Source: a virus. From it: a stretch of DNA of 64,000 nucleotides. A program made the position numbers and the translations under genes. Location: positions 148,685 to 212,684 of the IMG/VR virus record IMGVR_UViG_3300045988_161245. One strand, 5' to 3'. Shown here one piece after another: positions 9,565-18,053 of the stretch (position 1 is the stretch's first letter; the number at the start of each line of letters is the position of its first letter). Below the pieces are notes generated by a model. It was not told where the DNA came from and ran no database searches. It saw only the letters and a program-made list of their open reading frames with translations.

Positions 9565-9987
9565 AAATACTATGTTGAGAGGCAATTACTTTTAGTCTTT
9601 TTTGGGGCAAAAATTTTATTCTTTTATTCCGGTCAAAATTTGCTTTGAATTTGCTCTGACGCAAGATTTTCCTCTTTTGTGCATGTTAATTTGACTACAA
9701 TAAAATCACAATTTTATCGGAAAAATGACCCCCTTTAATCCCTTATTTTTATTGACTTTTCGAAAGCCGATTTTTGGAAAAATCGCGATTTTTAGCTATT
9801 TTGGGCTGTTTTTTGAACTTTTCGTCAAATTGCACAAAAAAATGACCTTGGATAAAAATATCAAAGGTCATTTTCTATGTTCTTATTCTTATAAGTTTCT
9901 TGTAAGCAAACTATTTTATTTGATGTCTCAGGCTAAAAAAATTGCCCCATTTTACGCTAAAGTTTATTGCCCTCGAACATAGTATTT
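9565..9987. repeat. 423-bp unit bounded by ~53-bp imperfect terminal inverted repeats (MITE-like, or outermost transposon end structure)
   Basis: The left arm is aaatactatgttgagaggcaattacttttagtc..ggggcaaaaatttt (9565-9617). The reverse complement of 9935-9987 is aaatactatgttcgagggcaataaactttagcg..ggggcaattttttt. The interior holds the palindrome cgatttttggaaaaatcg and hairpin aatgaccttgg..caaaggtcatt. Confidence 0.55.
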
Positions 9988-10087
9988 CTGACCTTGAAGT
10001 CATTATACGAGATTTATATATTTCTTGCAATAGTTCGAGTTCCAATTTCGCAATATTTTACTTATTTTGCTTAATATATTACGGATA

Positions 10088-10222
10088 TTAATCAATATCA
10101 TCATCATCATCTTTATTTCTTCCGGCAGTAAGACAAGCTGTAAGAATAAGTCCAACTACTCCACCAACCACAAATGTGCAGCCTACAATACAAATAAATG
10201 TACCAATACCAAGTGTAATCAT
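10088..10222 (-). CDS. 44-aa hydrophobic micro-protein with acidic tail
   Basis: Hand-translated MITLGIGTFICIVGCTFVVGGVVGLILTACLTAGRNKDDDDDID. Its ATG overlaps the TGA of the DHFR gene (ATGA), which suggests translational coupling. Confidence 0.45.
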   Translation of the reverse strand: MITLGIGTFICIVGCTFVVGGVVGLILTACLTAGRNKDDDDDID

Positions 10223-11187
10223 GCAGTCTCATCCTCCATTCTGTGAATTTCTGAATCAAGTAATGCTAATGATATTTTTAAATTGACCTCAACATTATCC
10301 GCACACCATGTTGAGATACATCTGATAATTTCACCACGGTTATAATTAAGTTCCTGATCTTCAATAAAATCATTAACATCAATCTTAAATTTTTGATCTT
10401 CAACATCCACTGTATTATCTTCTGTAAGTCTTCTTTCAAGGTACCACTTAGCTTTATTTAGGTCTTGTAATTCTTTCTGTGAATCTCCAGGATATTTTTT
10501 TCCTGCCCTACAGATATATTTAGCAACATTTCCAAGGCAGTAACCAAGCCCCCTATCTTCAATGAAACTAATTACTTCATATTTTTTTCCTATATAATGT
10601 GATGGATTTTTAACTGCATCGTGACCAAAAACAGGATCAGAATAGGCATTGGATACAGTCTTACAATTCTCTTTTCTGATAAATGTTTTAAAGCTATATG
10701 ATAAATTACCGTATGTCTTATCTATAGATTCAATCTCATCAAAATTGTTTAAAAGGTATTCGATTGGGAAAAATACATCCGCAGTTGAGATACATCTATT
10801 AACGATTGTTGCATAAACTTTCTCGCAATGAGGTAAGAACATTTTGTAGATACTTTCTCCACCAATTGCAAAATACTTAGTCGGCATTTCAACTATAAAT
10901 TTTATTTCTTCTTTTGTCATTTTTTTTAATATATTAACATCTGTAGCATATCCATTATCTTCATTGATTGGCTCTGCTGCATAATTAAGTGTCGTAGAAA
11001 GGACAATATTGTTCCTACTTTTAAGAGGCTTGTTACCAATACTGTTCCATGTCTTTCTTCCCATGATAACAGAATGTCCCATTGTAATCTCTTTAAATCT
11101 TTTTAAGTCATCTGGAATCTTATAAAGTAAGTCACCATTCTTACCGATTCCACCAAAATTATCCATACAAACGATTGCTGATAACAT
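10219..11187 (-). CDS. dihydrofolate reductase fused to a DUF3310 domain
   Basis: The N-terminal ~165 aa (LSAIVCMDNFGGIGKNGDLLYKIPDDLKRFKEITMGHSVIMGRKTWNSI) is a classical DHFR. The C-terminus SHYIGKKYEVISFIEDRGLGYCLGNVAKYICRAGKK..DLNKAKWYLERR matches the DUF3310 signature. Confidence 0.8.
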   Translation of the reverse strand: MLSAIVCMDNFGGIGKNGDLLYKIPDDLKRFKEITMGHSVIMGRKTWNSIGNKPLKSRNNIVLSTTLNYAAEPINEDNGYATDVNILKKMTKEEIKFIVEMPTKYFAIGGESIYKMFLPHCEKVYATIVNRCISTADVFFPIEYLLNNFDEIESIDKTYGNLSYSFKTFIRKENCKTVSNAYSDPVFGHDAVKNPSHYIGKKYEVISFIEDRGLGYCLGNVAKYICRAGKKYPGDSQKELQDLNKAKWYLERRLTEDNTVDVEDQKFKIDVNDFIEDQELNYNRGEIIRCISTWCADNVEVNLKISLALLDSEIHRMEDETA

Positions 11188-11200
11188 AAATTTTCTCTCC

Positions 11201-12103
11201 TTAAATACCCAACGGTAGCGTCAATTGTGGCTTCATTGGCTTGTAATTTTCCATAGAAAAGTCGTCAATTGTCATGTCATAAAAGTTATTTTTTTCTGGA
11301 TTTAATACCAATTTTGGCATCAAATTTTTATCAATTTCATCATTTTTTAATGCTTCAAAAGTGGCTAAATGTCTCTCATTTGCACGATGAATTAGCTCTT
11401 TTGCTTGGTCAATCTGGCGCGTATAAATTTGTTCATTCACTACGAAATGAGTAAATTTTCCAGGCTTATATCCGGTGTGTTTTGCGACCATCATAAGTAA
11501 TGCAGCGTACTGTACTTCATTTGTTGATCCTGGACCACTTGCAGGTAATAAATCACCAGATCTTTGGTTTAAAAACATATCTAAATACTCTTCACGTACT
11601 GTCCAAATAGTCTCATATGCACATGGTTTTAATCCGTTTGGTTCATCTTTAAATTCTTCTTCCTGCCACAAATTGCAGATATGATAACGTCCATATGGAT
11701 TGTTCTTGATATCATCTAAAACACGCTTTTTAAACAAGTCATAACGGTGTACTGTATGACCATATCTATATCCATTTGTACCGTCTCCAATATCCCATAA
11801 ATCCCAAAAATGTACGCCCATTTCGTTCAGAATTTTGAGGTCATTTGACTCTTTCTGGAAGATCCAAAACATCTCTTTAATTGCACTTTTCCATGCAATT
11901 GGACGTAAAGTACAAATTGGAAAATCACCTTTTGAGAGGTCATATTGACGCATTTGATGTGTCACAAAATAGGTGTGAGCAGGTGTTCCGTCCTCGTATT
12001 TTGGTCTAGGATTTTCATCTTTAATACCATTTTGAAGGATATTATAGATAGATTCTACGAGATATTTATCGGCTTTTGTCATTAATCCGTATTCGTATTC
12101 CAT
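11201..12103 (-). CDS. thyA: thymidylate synthase (ThyA family), divergent active-site neighbourhood
   Basis: ThyA-like blocks are present: CNLWQ (SAWN), LKPCAYETIWTV (PCHxxFQFYV), NQRSGD (QRSxD), STNEVQYAALL (PFNIASYALL) and NEQIY (DxHxY). The catalytic Cys, Arg and Asn are retained. The His after the Cys and the D/H of the DxH motif are substituted. Confidence 0.7.
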   Translation of the reverse strand: MEYEYGLMTKADKYLVESIYNILQNGIKDENPRPKYEDGTPAHTYFVTHQMRQYDLSKGDFPICTLRPIAWKSAIKEMFWIFQKESNDLKILNEMGVHFWDLWDIGDGTNGYRYGHTVHRYDLFKKRVLDDIKNNPYGRYHICNLWQEEEFKDEPNGLKPCAYETIWTVREEYLDMFLNQRSGDLLPASGPGSTNEVQYAALLMMVAKHTGYKPGKFTHFVVNEQIYTRQIDQAKELIHRANERHLATFEALKNDEIDKNLMPKLVLNPEKNNFYDMTIDDFSMENYKPMKPQLTLPLGI

Positions 12104-12106
12104 GTA

Positions 12107-12349
12107 TTATTCCTCAACTTTCCACTTAAAAATATCTTCTTCAAATTTAGAAATTACATCTTTATTATTAGTGTGGATTACAATAAAAATTTCTTTTGGA
12201 ATTCCAAGAGACAATAATCCCATAATAGATTTTGCATCAATAACATATCTGCCACATACTGCGTCAATATCATAATTGTATTTATCAATAGATTTCACGA
12301 GACTATTAGCATCATTCAGTGTATTCAGTTTGATTCTCATTATTTTCAT
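12107..12349 (-). CDS. HPr-family protein lacking His15 (Crh-like)
   Basis: DAKSIMGLLSLGI matches the HPr Ser46 region (NLKSIMGVMSLGI in B. subtilis). The position of GIHARPA reads LNDANSL, so both His15 and Arg17 are absent. Confidence 0.6.
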   Translation of the reverse strand: MKIMRIKLNTLNDANSLVKSIDKYNYDIDAVCGRYVIDAKSIMGLLSLGIPKEIFIVIHTNNKDVISKFEEDIFKWKVEE

Positions 12350-12551
12350 CTTCTTTCACTTCTTTATTTACTATATCTTCATCTTCTAAAAACAATTTAT
12401 ATCCATATTTATCATTACAAATGTTATATAATTTTGCATTTGCATCTTCGGAAGCAGGTACACCCTTTTTGTGAGTGTACCTTTTGCAAGTGTTCTGTTT
12501 TGGACATGTTTTAGAATTTTCATCTAATGCGCAATAATAAAATGTGTCCAT
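12312..12551 (-). CDS. hypothetical Cys-containing protein
   Basis: 79-aa ORF packed between the dUTPase and HPr-like genes. Confidence 0.4.
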   Translation of the reverse strand: MDTFYYCALDENSKTCPKQNTCKRYTHKKGVPASEDANAKLYNICNDKYGYKLFLEDEDIVNKEVKEDENNENQTEYTE

Positions 12552-12554
12552 TCA

Positions 12555-13091
12555 TTACTCCTTTTTGTTGTCAGTTGATCCGAAACCACCGTTACGTGTT
12601 GCTTCTACATGATCGTCTTCTGTAATTCCATATTCTAAGAAAATTCCCTGGGCGATAGCTGCATTGCTTGTTACTGAAAACTCTTTATCTCCACGATTTA
12701 CAAGTTTAATAAAAATGTGACCTTCGTTGTCAGAGTTAATAAAATCGCAGTCTATAATTCCTGTTCCATTTACTAGATTGCACTGATATTTAAATCCAAG
12801 TCCACTTCTTGGGTAAATCATAAGAACATAATCTGTATTCATACGACATTTAATACCTGTTGGAATTTTAATTACTTCTCCTGGCTTTAGTGTAAATGAA
12901 AATGGAGTTCTAATATCAAATCCTGCGCTAAACTTTGTAGCTCTTGTAGGTAACTCTAATCCATAATACATACTTTCAATTTCTTGTCTGAGTCTCTTAG
13001 ATGTATCATCACCTGCAAGTCCAAATGTATCTAAATAATCTTTTTCAAACTGCTTATAGCTTACTTTCTCAAATTTTGCTACCCTCTTCAT
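12555..13091 (-). CDS. dut: dUTPase (trimeric dUTPase/dCTP deaminase superfamily)
   Basis: Motifs AGFDIRTP, IPTGIK, YPRSGLGFKY, NGTGIIDCDF and C-terminal RNGGFGST. Confidence 0.85.
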   Translation of the reverse strand: MKRVAKFEKVSYKQFEKDYLDTFGLAGDDTSKRLRQEIESMYYGLELPTRATKFSAGFDIRTPFSFTLKPGEVIKIPTGIKCRMNTDYVLMIYPRSGLGFKYQCNLVNGTGIIDCDFINSDNEGHIFIKLVNRGDKEFSVTSNAAIAQGIFLEYGITEDDHVEATRNGGFGSTDNKKE

Positions 13092-13717
13092 TAATCTTCA
13101 TCCTCCTCGTCCCATGGATCATATTCATCGCAACATTCACAATCACCGTTGCAATGCAATTCTTTATTTGGATTAACTCTAAACATATATTTAAGAATTC
13201 TGTCTTCACCAATAGTTTCAATTGCATCGTAAGCTATATCTCCATTAGAGAACAGTACAGTACCTACCGGTGGAAGAAATGAATCGTTCTCAACAGTAAT
13301 TGACATGTCGTCTTCATCAAGTACAAGCCAGAATGCGTACGATGGATGGGCGATTTCTCCATTGTGTTCATCTGCATAATTCTGAAGTTCTGTCATTATT
13401 TTTCTACGCTCCATCTCAAATTCAGCTTCTTCTTTTGTCTTGTAAATATTTCTAGCGTTATAATATTTGTTATCAAAAACATCGTTTTCCCATTTGAGAG
13501 AAGTTATATTATCAAAAGGATCAATATGAAAATAATCTTCACCAAAATTTGGTTTCCAACGTTTATTCGCATCTTTCTTTTTATTCTCTTCTTTATTTGT
13601 ATCTGCAACTTTCTGTAAATCCTCTTTTACTCTTGAAAGTGTTTGTGTAATAGCTTTAATAACCTCTGGACTACATCCAGATACATCAACGTTATATCCA
13701 ATACAATTTGTATCCAT
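13091..13717 (-). CDS. hypothetical protein
   Basis: 208-aa ORF whose stop overlaps the dut start. Has an acidic, Cys-rich C-terminus (HCNGDCECCDEYDPWDEEDED). Confidence 0.5.
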   Translation of the reverse strand: MDTNCIGYNVDVSGCSPEVIKAITQTLSRVKEDLQKVADTNKEENKKKDANKRWKPNFGEDYFHIDPFDNITSLKWENDVFDNKYYNARNIYKTKEEAEFEMERRKIMTELQNYADEHNGEIAHPSYAFWLVLDEDDMSITVENDSFLPPVGTVLFSNGDIAYDAIETIGEDRILKYMFRVNPNKELHCNGDCECCDEYDPWDEEDED

Positions 13718-13720
13718 ATT

Positions 13721-14398
13721 TTATTTCTCCTTCTCTTTGTATAAGTCTTTAATTTTTTCTTCTAAATATTTCAAATATTCATCCCACATATTTTTTGTGT
13801 AGATATATTCTTTAGTCTGACGTGCCATCATTAACTTTTTCATATCAGTTTTATAATCAAATGGCTTATTTCTACGACCTAGCTTTTTTGCAAGAACATC
13901 AGATAAAAATGACTGTGTAAATCTTGAGAAAGTCAATAAGTCCTCTTTCTGGATATCAGCGATTATTTTCTTATATTCATCCATTTTATCCGTTGGTATT
14001 GAAACATCTGCTTTGGGGAAATTTTTTAGACTATAAGGTGTGATATCTGCACCAAATGATGATGCTTTTAATAGATTTGCAACTGCGTCCATATCTGCAG
14101 TCTTGAATTTAAATTCTACTTCGCTATCATAGATATGTGGATCTGAATATGGAATATTTGTTTCATCAAGTTTCTTTAAAATATTTTTCCCACGAATAAT
14201 GCTTGGGATGTAAGCTACAAAAGTACCTCGACCATAATAATAAATTTTATTACCGAATTGACATTTAATATATAAGTCATCGTAACTTTTATCAACGGTC
14301 CCATCTTCTTCTCTTGGTACATCGTGACTTTCTAGTGAGAGTTCCGGTACAATTCTGTACTTACCTTTAAAATGCTGTGTTAAATAACTCATAGGCAT
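13721..14398 (-). CDS. hypothetical protein
   Basis: 225-aa ORF in tight spacing with its neighbours. Confidence 0.5.
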   Translation of the reverse strand: MPMSYLTQHFKGKYRIVPELSLESHDVPREEDGTVDKSYDDLYIKCQFGNKIYYYGRGTFVAYIPSIIRGKNILKKLDETNIPYSDPHIYDSEVEFKFKTADMDAVANLLKASSFGADITPYSLKNFPKADVSIPTDKMDEYKKIIADIQKEDLLTFSRFTQSFLSDVLAKKLGRRNKPFDYKTDMKKLMMARQTKEYIYTKNMWDEYLKYLEEKIKDLYKEKEK

Positions 14399-14403
14399 TC
14401 ACC

Positions 14404-14676
14404 TCAATATTCTTCGTAGTAAGTTTCATCACTTACTTCTACTTTATTTTTCTCTGCAGCATGGATTTTATCTAATGCCTCTTTACGAGTTTGAAATACA
14501 TAATCTCCAAGAGCATTGTATCCAAATAGATAAACGTGTCTGTCCTTTTTATCCATACCGCAAAAATAATCTTCTCCAACTGTTCGAACTTTTAATTCGC
14601 ACAGATCATAAGTACCATTCTTTTTCTGAATCCTGGCATAATAAACCATGTCACCTTTATTTATTGTGCTGTACAT
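14404..14676 (-). CDS. hypothetical protein
   Basis: 90-aa ORF in tight spacing. Confidence 0.45.
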   Translation of the reverse strand: MYSTINKGDMVYYARIQKKNGTYDLCELKVRTVGEDYFCGMDKKDRHVYLFGYNALGDYVFQTRKEALDKIHAAEKNKVEVSDETYYEEY

Positions 14677-15034
14677 GTTTTTTCTTCCTTTTCTTTTCTA
14701 TATTCCATAGGATTTTTTGAGTGCAGAGGGAATCAAGTGTAGCAATGACATTCTCGATAACCTCTTCAAGTTCATAATTTTTACCACAATCCCAATTGTA
14801 AATAGGAAAATATATCTCATCATGGTCCATATCTGTAACTGTGAGTGTATATGTATTATCTGACAAATCAATGTCAACTGTTAACCTATCAATGTCTTTA
14901 TATACAAATTTGTTAAAATATGCGTGGTCACCATAAATTTTAAAGCCATTATTTCGCAGCTTATTAAAATCCATTTTATTGTGAATAATATATTTGTCGT
15001 GAATGTCATTAATATTCATCTTGATTTCCTCCAT
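14657..15034 (-). CDS. hypothetical protein
   Basis: 125-aa ORF with RBS GGAGG (plus CCTCC near 15028-15032 region). Confidence 0.45.
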   Translation of the reverse strand: MEEIKMNINDIHDKYIIHNKMDFNKLRNNGFKIYGDHAYFNKFVYKDIDRLTVDIDLSDNTYTLTVTDMDHDEIYFPIYNWDCGKNYELEEVIENVIATLDSLCTQKILWNIEKKRKKKHVQHNK

Positions 15035-15070
15035 ATAAGGGAGTCGGTTAAGACTCCCATAATTATTTAC

Positions 15071-16528
15071 TTAATCACACTTACTCCAACCACAATCTTT
15101 ACATGTATTGCAACCACCTTCAAAAACTAAATTTCCACCGCATTGAGGACATTTTGCTGTTTTTGATTTATCAACAATGATTTTCTTTTTGGGCTGTTTT
15201 GGTGTATCAATTATCTCTTCTGAATCATCAGAAATTTCATCCTGCATTTCTTTGTACATGTCAATAAGAGCATTTCCGATAGCAACAGGACAACAAGATC
15301 CTTTTGATGTATCGTGCTTTGTTGCTGTTCTTACCGCATATGACGGACATGTTCCGCTTGACTTAAGCTGGTCGATGATTGAATAAATATCAATTCCACC
15401 TCTTGCTGCAAGAGAAATCATTCTGGAAAGCCCGATCATGAATTGGTTACATCCGCCTGAACTTCCTTTACTTAAATATGTCTCAAGGAGTTCTCCTGTA
15501 TCTGGATCAAAGAATGCTTCACAATGTAATGTTCCACACCCAGTCTGTAATGTACGTTTCTTACCAACACAGTTATCATCAGCTTTAATGATCATTCCTC
15601 TGCCAAGAGTTGTTTTAGGCTTTTCAGATGTTTCATCATCTTTTTTACTATCTGATGTTGTAAGAATTCCTGCACGTTTACATCCATCACGGAAAATTGT
15701 GACACCTTTAAGTCCTGCTTCCCAGGCTGTCATATATAATCCTTCAACTTGCTCTACTGTAAAGTCGTTTGGAACATTAACCGTAGAACTAATTGATGCA
15801 TCAATATGTGTCTGCCAAATACTCTGCATATAGATACGATTCTTATAATCAAGTGTCTGTGCAGTTACAAAATAATCTGGTAATTCAGAATCGTCTTTTA
15901 GATTATTTTTTTCCATATAATCTTTTACGATTGGTGTATACACTTTGTAATACTCATCATGTCCTTTAAGAGACTCTGTTTTTCTTGTATAGTAGTTTGC
16001 GAAAATTGGTTCGATTCCACCAGATACTCTAAGCATTGTAGAAAGTGTTCCGGTTGGAGCAATTGTAAGAAGTTGAGAATTTCTAAGACCATACTCTTTT
16101 ACAAGCTGTTTTGTTTCACCAAGAGCATTTTTTGAATAATAAGCAGATTGCTCAACTGCTTCCGGATTATATTTTGGATATGGACCATACTCTTTTGCTA
16201 ATAAAGCAGATGTTTTAAGTGCTTCATCAGCCATTGCATGACCGATCATATCACATAAATCAATAGCTTCAGGACTTCCATATTTAATACCCATCTTAAT
16301 AAGTAAATCTGCAAGACCAAAAATTCCAAGTCCAATCTGTCTCCAATCTCTTACAGAATCTCTCTGTTCCTGTAATGGATGTAATGGTAATCCCTCGTCA
16401 AGGACTTCGTTTAATCCGATTGTTGCAATATGTACTGTTTTTCTAAAATCATCAAAATTAAATCCATGTGGAGTTGTAAACTCAGCTAAATTAATACTTC
16501 CGAGAAGGCAGCTTCCACCGGCTGGTAA
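15071..16528 (-). CDS. nrdJ: class II (B12-dependent, NrdJ-like) ribonucleotide reductase, exon 3 of 3
   Basis: Begins LPAGGSCLLGSINL, continuing the catalytic NPCxExxL..GxCxLGSINL motif from exon 2. Ends with the Zn-ribbon CPQCGGNLVFEGGCNTCKDCGWSKC typical of NrdJ. Confidence 0.8.
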   Translation of the reverse strand, partial: LPAGGSCLLGSINLAEFTTPHGFNFDDFRKTVHIATIGLNEVLDEGLPLHPLQEQRDSVRDWRQIGLGIFGLADLLIKMGIKYGSPEAIDLCDMIGHAMADEALKTSALLAKEYGPYPKYNPEAVEQSAYYSKNALGETKQLVKEYGLRNSQLLTIAPTGTLSTMLRVSGGIEPIFANYYTRKTESLKGHDEYYKVYTPIVKDYMEKNNLKDDSELPDYFVTAQTLDYKNRIYMQSIWQTHIDASISSTVNVPNDFTVEQVEGLYMTAWEAGLKGVTIFRDGCKRAGILTTSDSKKDDETSEKPKTTLGRGMIIKADDNCVGKKRTLQTGCGTLHCEAFFDPDTGELLETYLSKGSSGGCNQFMIGLSRMISLAARGGIDIYSIIDQLKSSGTCPSYAVRTATKHDTSKGSCCPVAIGNALIDMYKEMQDEISDDSEEIIDTPKQPKKKIIVDKSKTAKCPQCGGNLVFEGGCNTCKDCGWSKCD

Positions 16529-17699
16529 CATTATGTTCCATAAGGTTCACAACGCCTTATGCGTTCTTCAAGAACAGCTATATGTTTCCATATAGTTCAG
16601 ACTATATCTTCACTGTATAATACAGGGTTAGCACTTCCATTGTCATAAGTTTACAATGTACTCTCTTTCGAGATAGTCGTTGAGGTTGGTCAATTTAACT
16701 TGGTCAGAGTTAAATTATGATATCCTTTCTAATTTAATCCAATCTTTATGTTTTGATCCATTAGCAGCGTCCATTATTTTTATAGACTCATCTGGTAATT
16801 TCCATTTATATTTAGGTTTAGGTTTTCTAAGTGCTTGTTTATGAGCTTCAGACTTAGGTTTTCCTTTTAGGCTTTGACTTACATGCTTATTCCACTCAGC
16901 TGTATGTATTACTTTTTTACCAGATTCTGAAATTTTTTTATTCATTTCTTCACTATTATGATAACCAGTTCTACTTTTATTACCAATTCCATATTTGTTA
17001 TTTAAATTTATTTCTCTTAAGATTTTTTTCGTTTTTTCTGATTGAGGATGAACAGGTTTCCCAGTTAAAGATTTTGAGATATTATTTTTCCATTCTTCTG
17101 TTTTTATAATTTTTGATATCTTTTCTTTTATTTCAGGTCGTTGCATTGCTTCTTTTGTTTTTTGAGATATTTTATTTTTCCATTCTTGTTTTTCTATCTC
17201 AGTATATCCTTTTATTAAATTTCCTCCGTCACCGCCTTCTGCAATATTATATCCATTTGGACGAATTGTATTATATTTATTTATATAAAATTTTTCTAAT
17301 TTACATAATTCTTCTTTATTATTACAAGTTGCAATAATGTCTTTTTTATAATAATGATATTTTATATTTTGCTCATATACCCATTTATGATCTGAACGTC
17401 TCTTACTATCTAATTTATCATTGCCAAATCTTTTTCTATATGAGTTCCACAATAATATTCCACTTCCCATATAATATTTATTATTGTCATTTTCATTCTT
17501 ACCAATATAACTTAAATTCGTTATTAAATTTGTTATTTTATAAATTTGCATATTCTATGTTTATTGACCAACCTGCTGATTGACTCTATTTGATAAATTA
17601 TTAGGGTAAGTGACCAATCTTACATTAATTTCCTATTATCAACTTAACGAGTTGTTCCAGCATTTCACTAACTTTATAGAGCCCCTACCGGTTTTATTA
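16529..17699 (-). other. putative group I intron 2 in nrdJ (carries GIY-YIG HEG)
   Basis: The reading frame breaks after NPCAEEP and resumes at LPAGGSC. The inferred upstream exon ends in U and the intron ends in G. Hairpin-forming non-coding flanks (16529-16714, 17552-17699) surround a free-standing endonuclease ORF. Confidence 0.7.
16715..17551 (-). CDS. GIY-YIG homing endonuclease with NUMOD3-type repeats
   Basis: N-terminus IYKITNLITNLSYIGK..YYMGSG (GIY-YIG). Repeated GKP(x)..SE.TK/HK motifs follow in the C-terminal DNA-binding part, as in I-TevI/Seg proteins. Confidence 0.8.
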   Translation of the reverse strand: MQIYKITNLITNLSYIGKNENDNNKYYMGSGILLWNSYRKRFGNDKLDSKRRSDHKWVYEQNIKYHYYKKDIIATCNNKEELCKLEKFYINKYNTIRPNGYNIAEGGDGGNLIKGYTEIEKQEWKNKISQKTKEAMQRPEIKEKISKIIKTEEWKNNISKSLTGKPVHPQSEKTKKILREINLNNKYGIGNKSRTGYHNSEEMNKKISESGKKVIHTAEWNKHVSQSLKGKPKSEAHKQALRKPKPKYKWKLPDESIKIMDAANGSKHKDWIKLERIS

Positions 17700-18053
17700 A
17701 GGCTCTTCTGCACAAGGATTAGTTCCGGCATAATGAAAATTATTGTCACAACTAAGTAAATTCCAGTTTTCGATTCTATCCCAGAAAAGCATTCCAGGCT
17801 CTGCATAATCCCAGTTCATTTCACATAATTTGTGGAACATTTCATATGCATCAATTGTTTTAGTAATAGTTTCACCTGTCTCAGCTCTAGTAAAGCTAAG
17901 TGTAAATGGCTGTTTATTTTTTACTGCAGCCATAAATTTGTCTGTAATACGAACAGAGATATTAGCTTTTGTTACTTTATCAAGATCTGATTTAATTCCA
18001 ATAAATTCCTCAAGATCTGGATGTTCGCAGGACAAGCTAATCATTAATGCCCC
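17700..18053 (-). CDS. nrdJ: class II ribonucleotide reductase, exon 2 of 3
   Basis: GALMISLSCEHPDLEEFI...AGTNPCAEEP. Joins exon 1 to give GQAGRRGALM and exon 3 to give NPCAEEPLPAGGSC. Confidence 0.75.

Noticed and set aside
9725-9982. 85-aa plus-strand ORF inside the TIR-bounded 423-bp unit, considered as a possible tiny transposase or cargo gene
   Set aside because: The predicted peptide is Phe/Leu/Lys low-complexity. It runs through the palindromes and into the right inverted repeat and has no RBS. It cannot be fully excluded without expression data.
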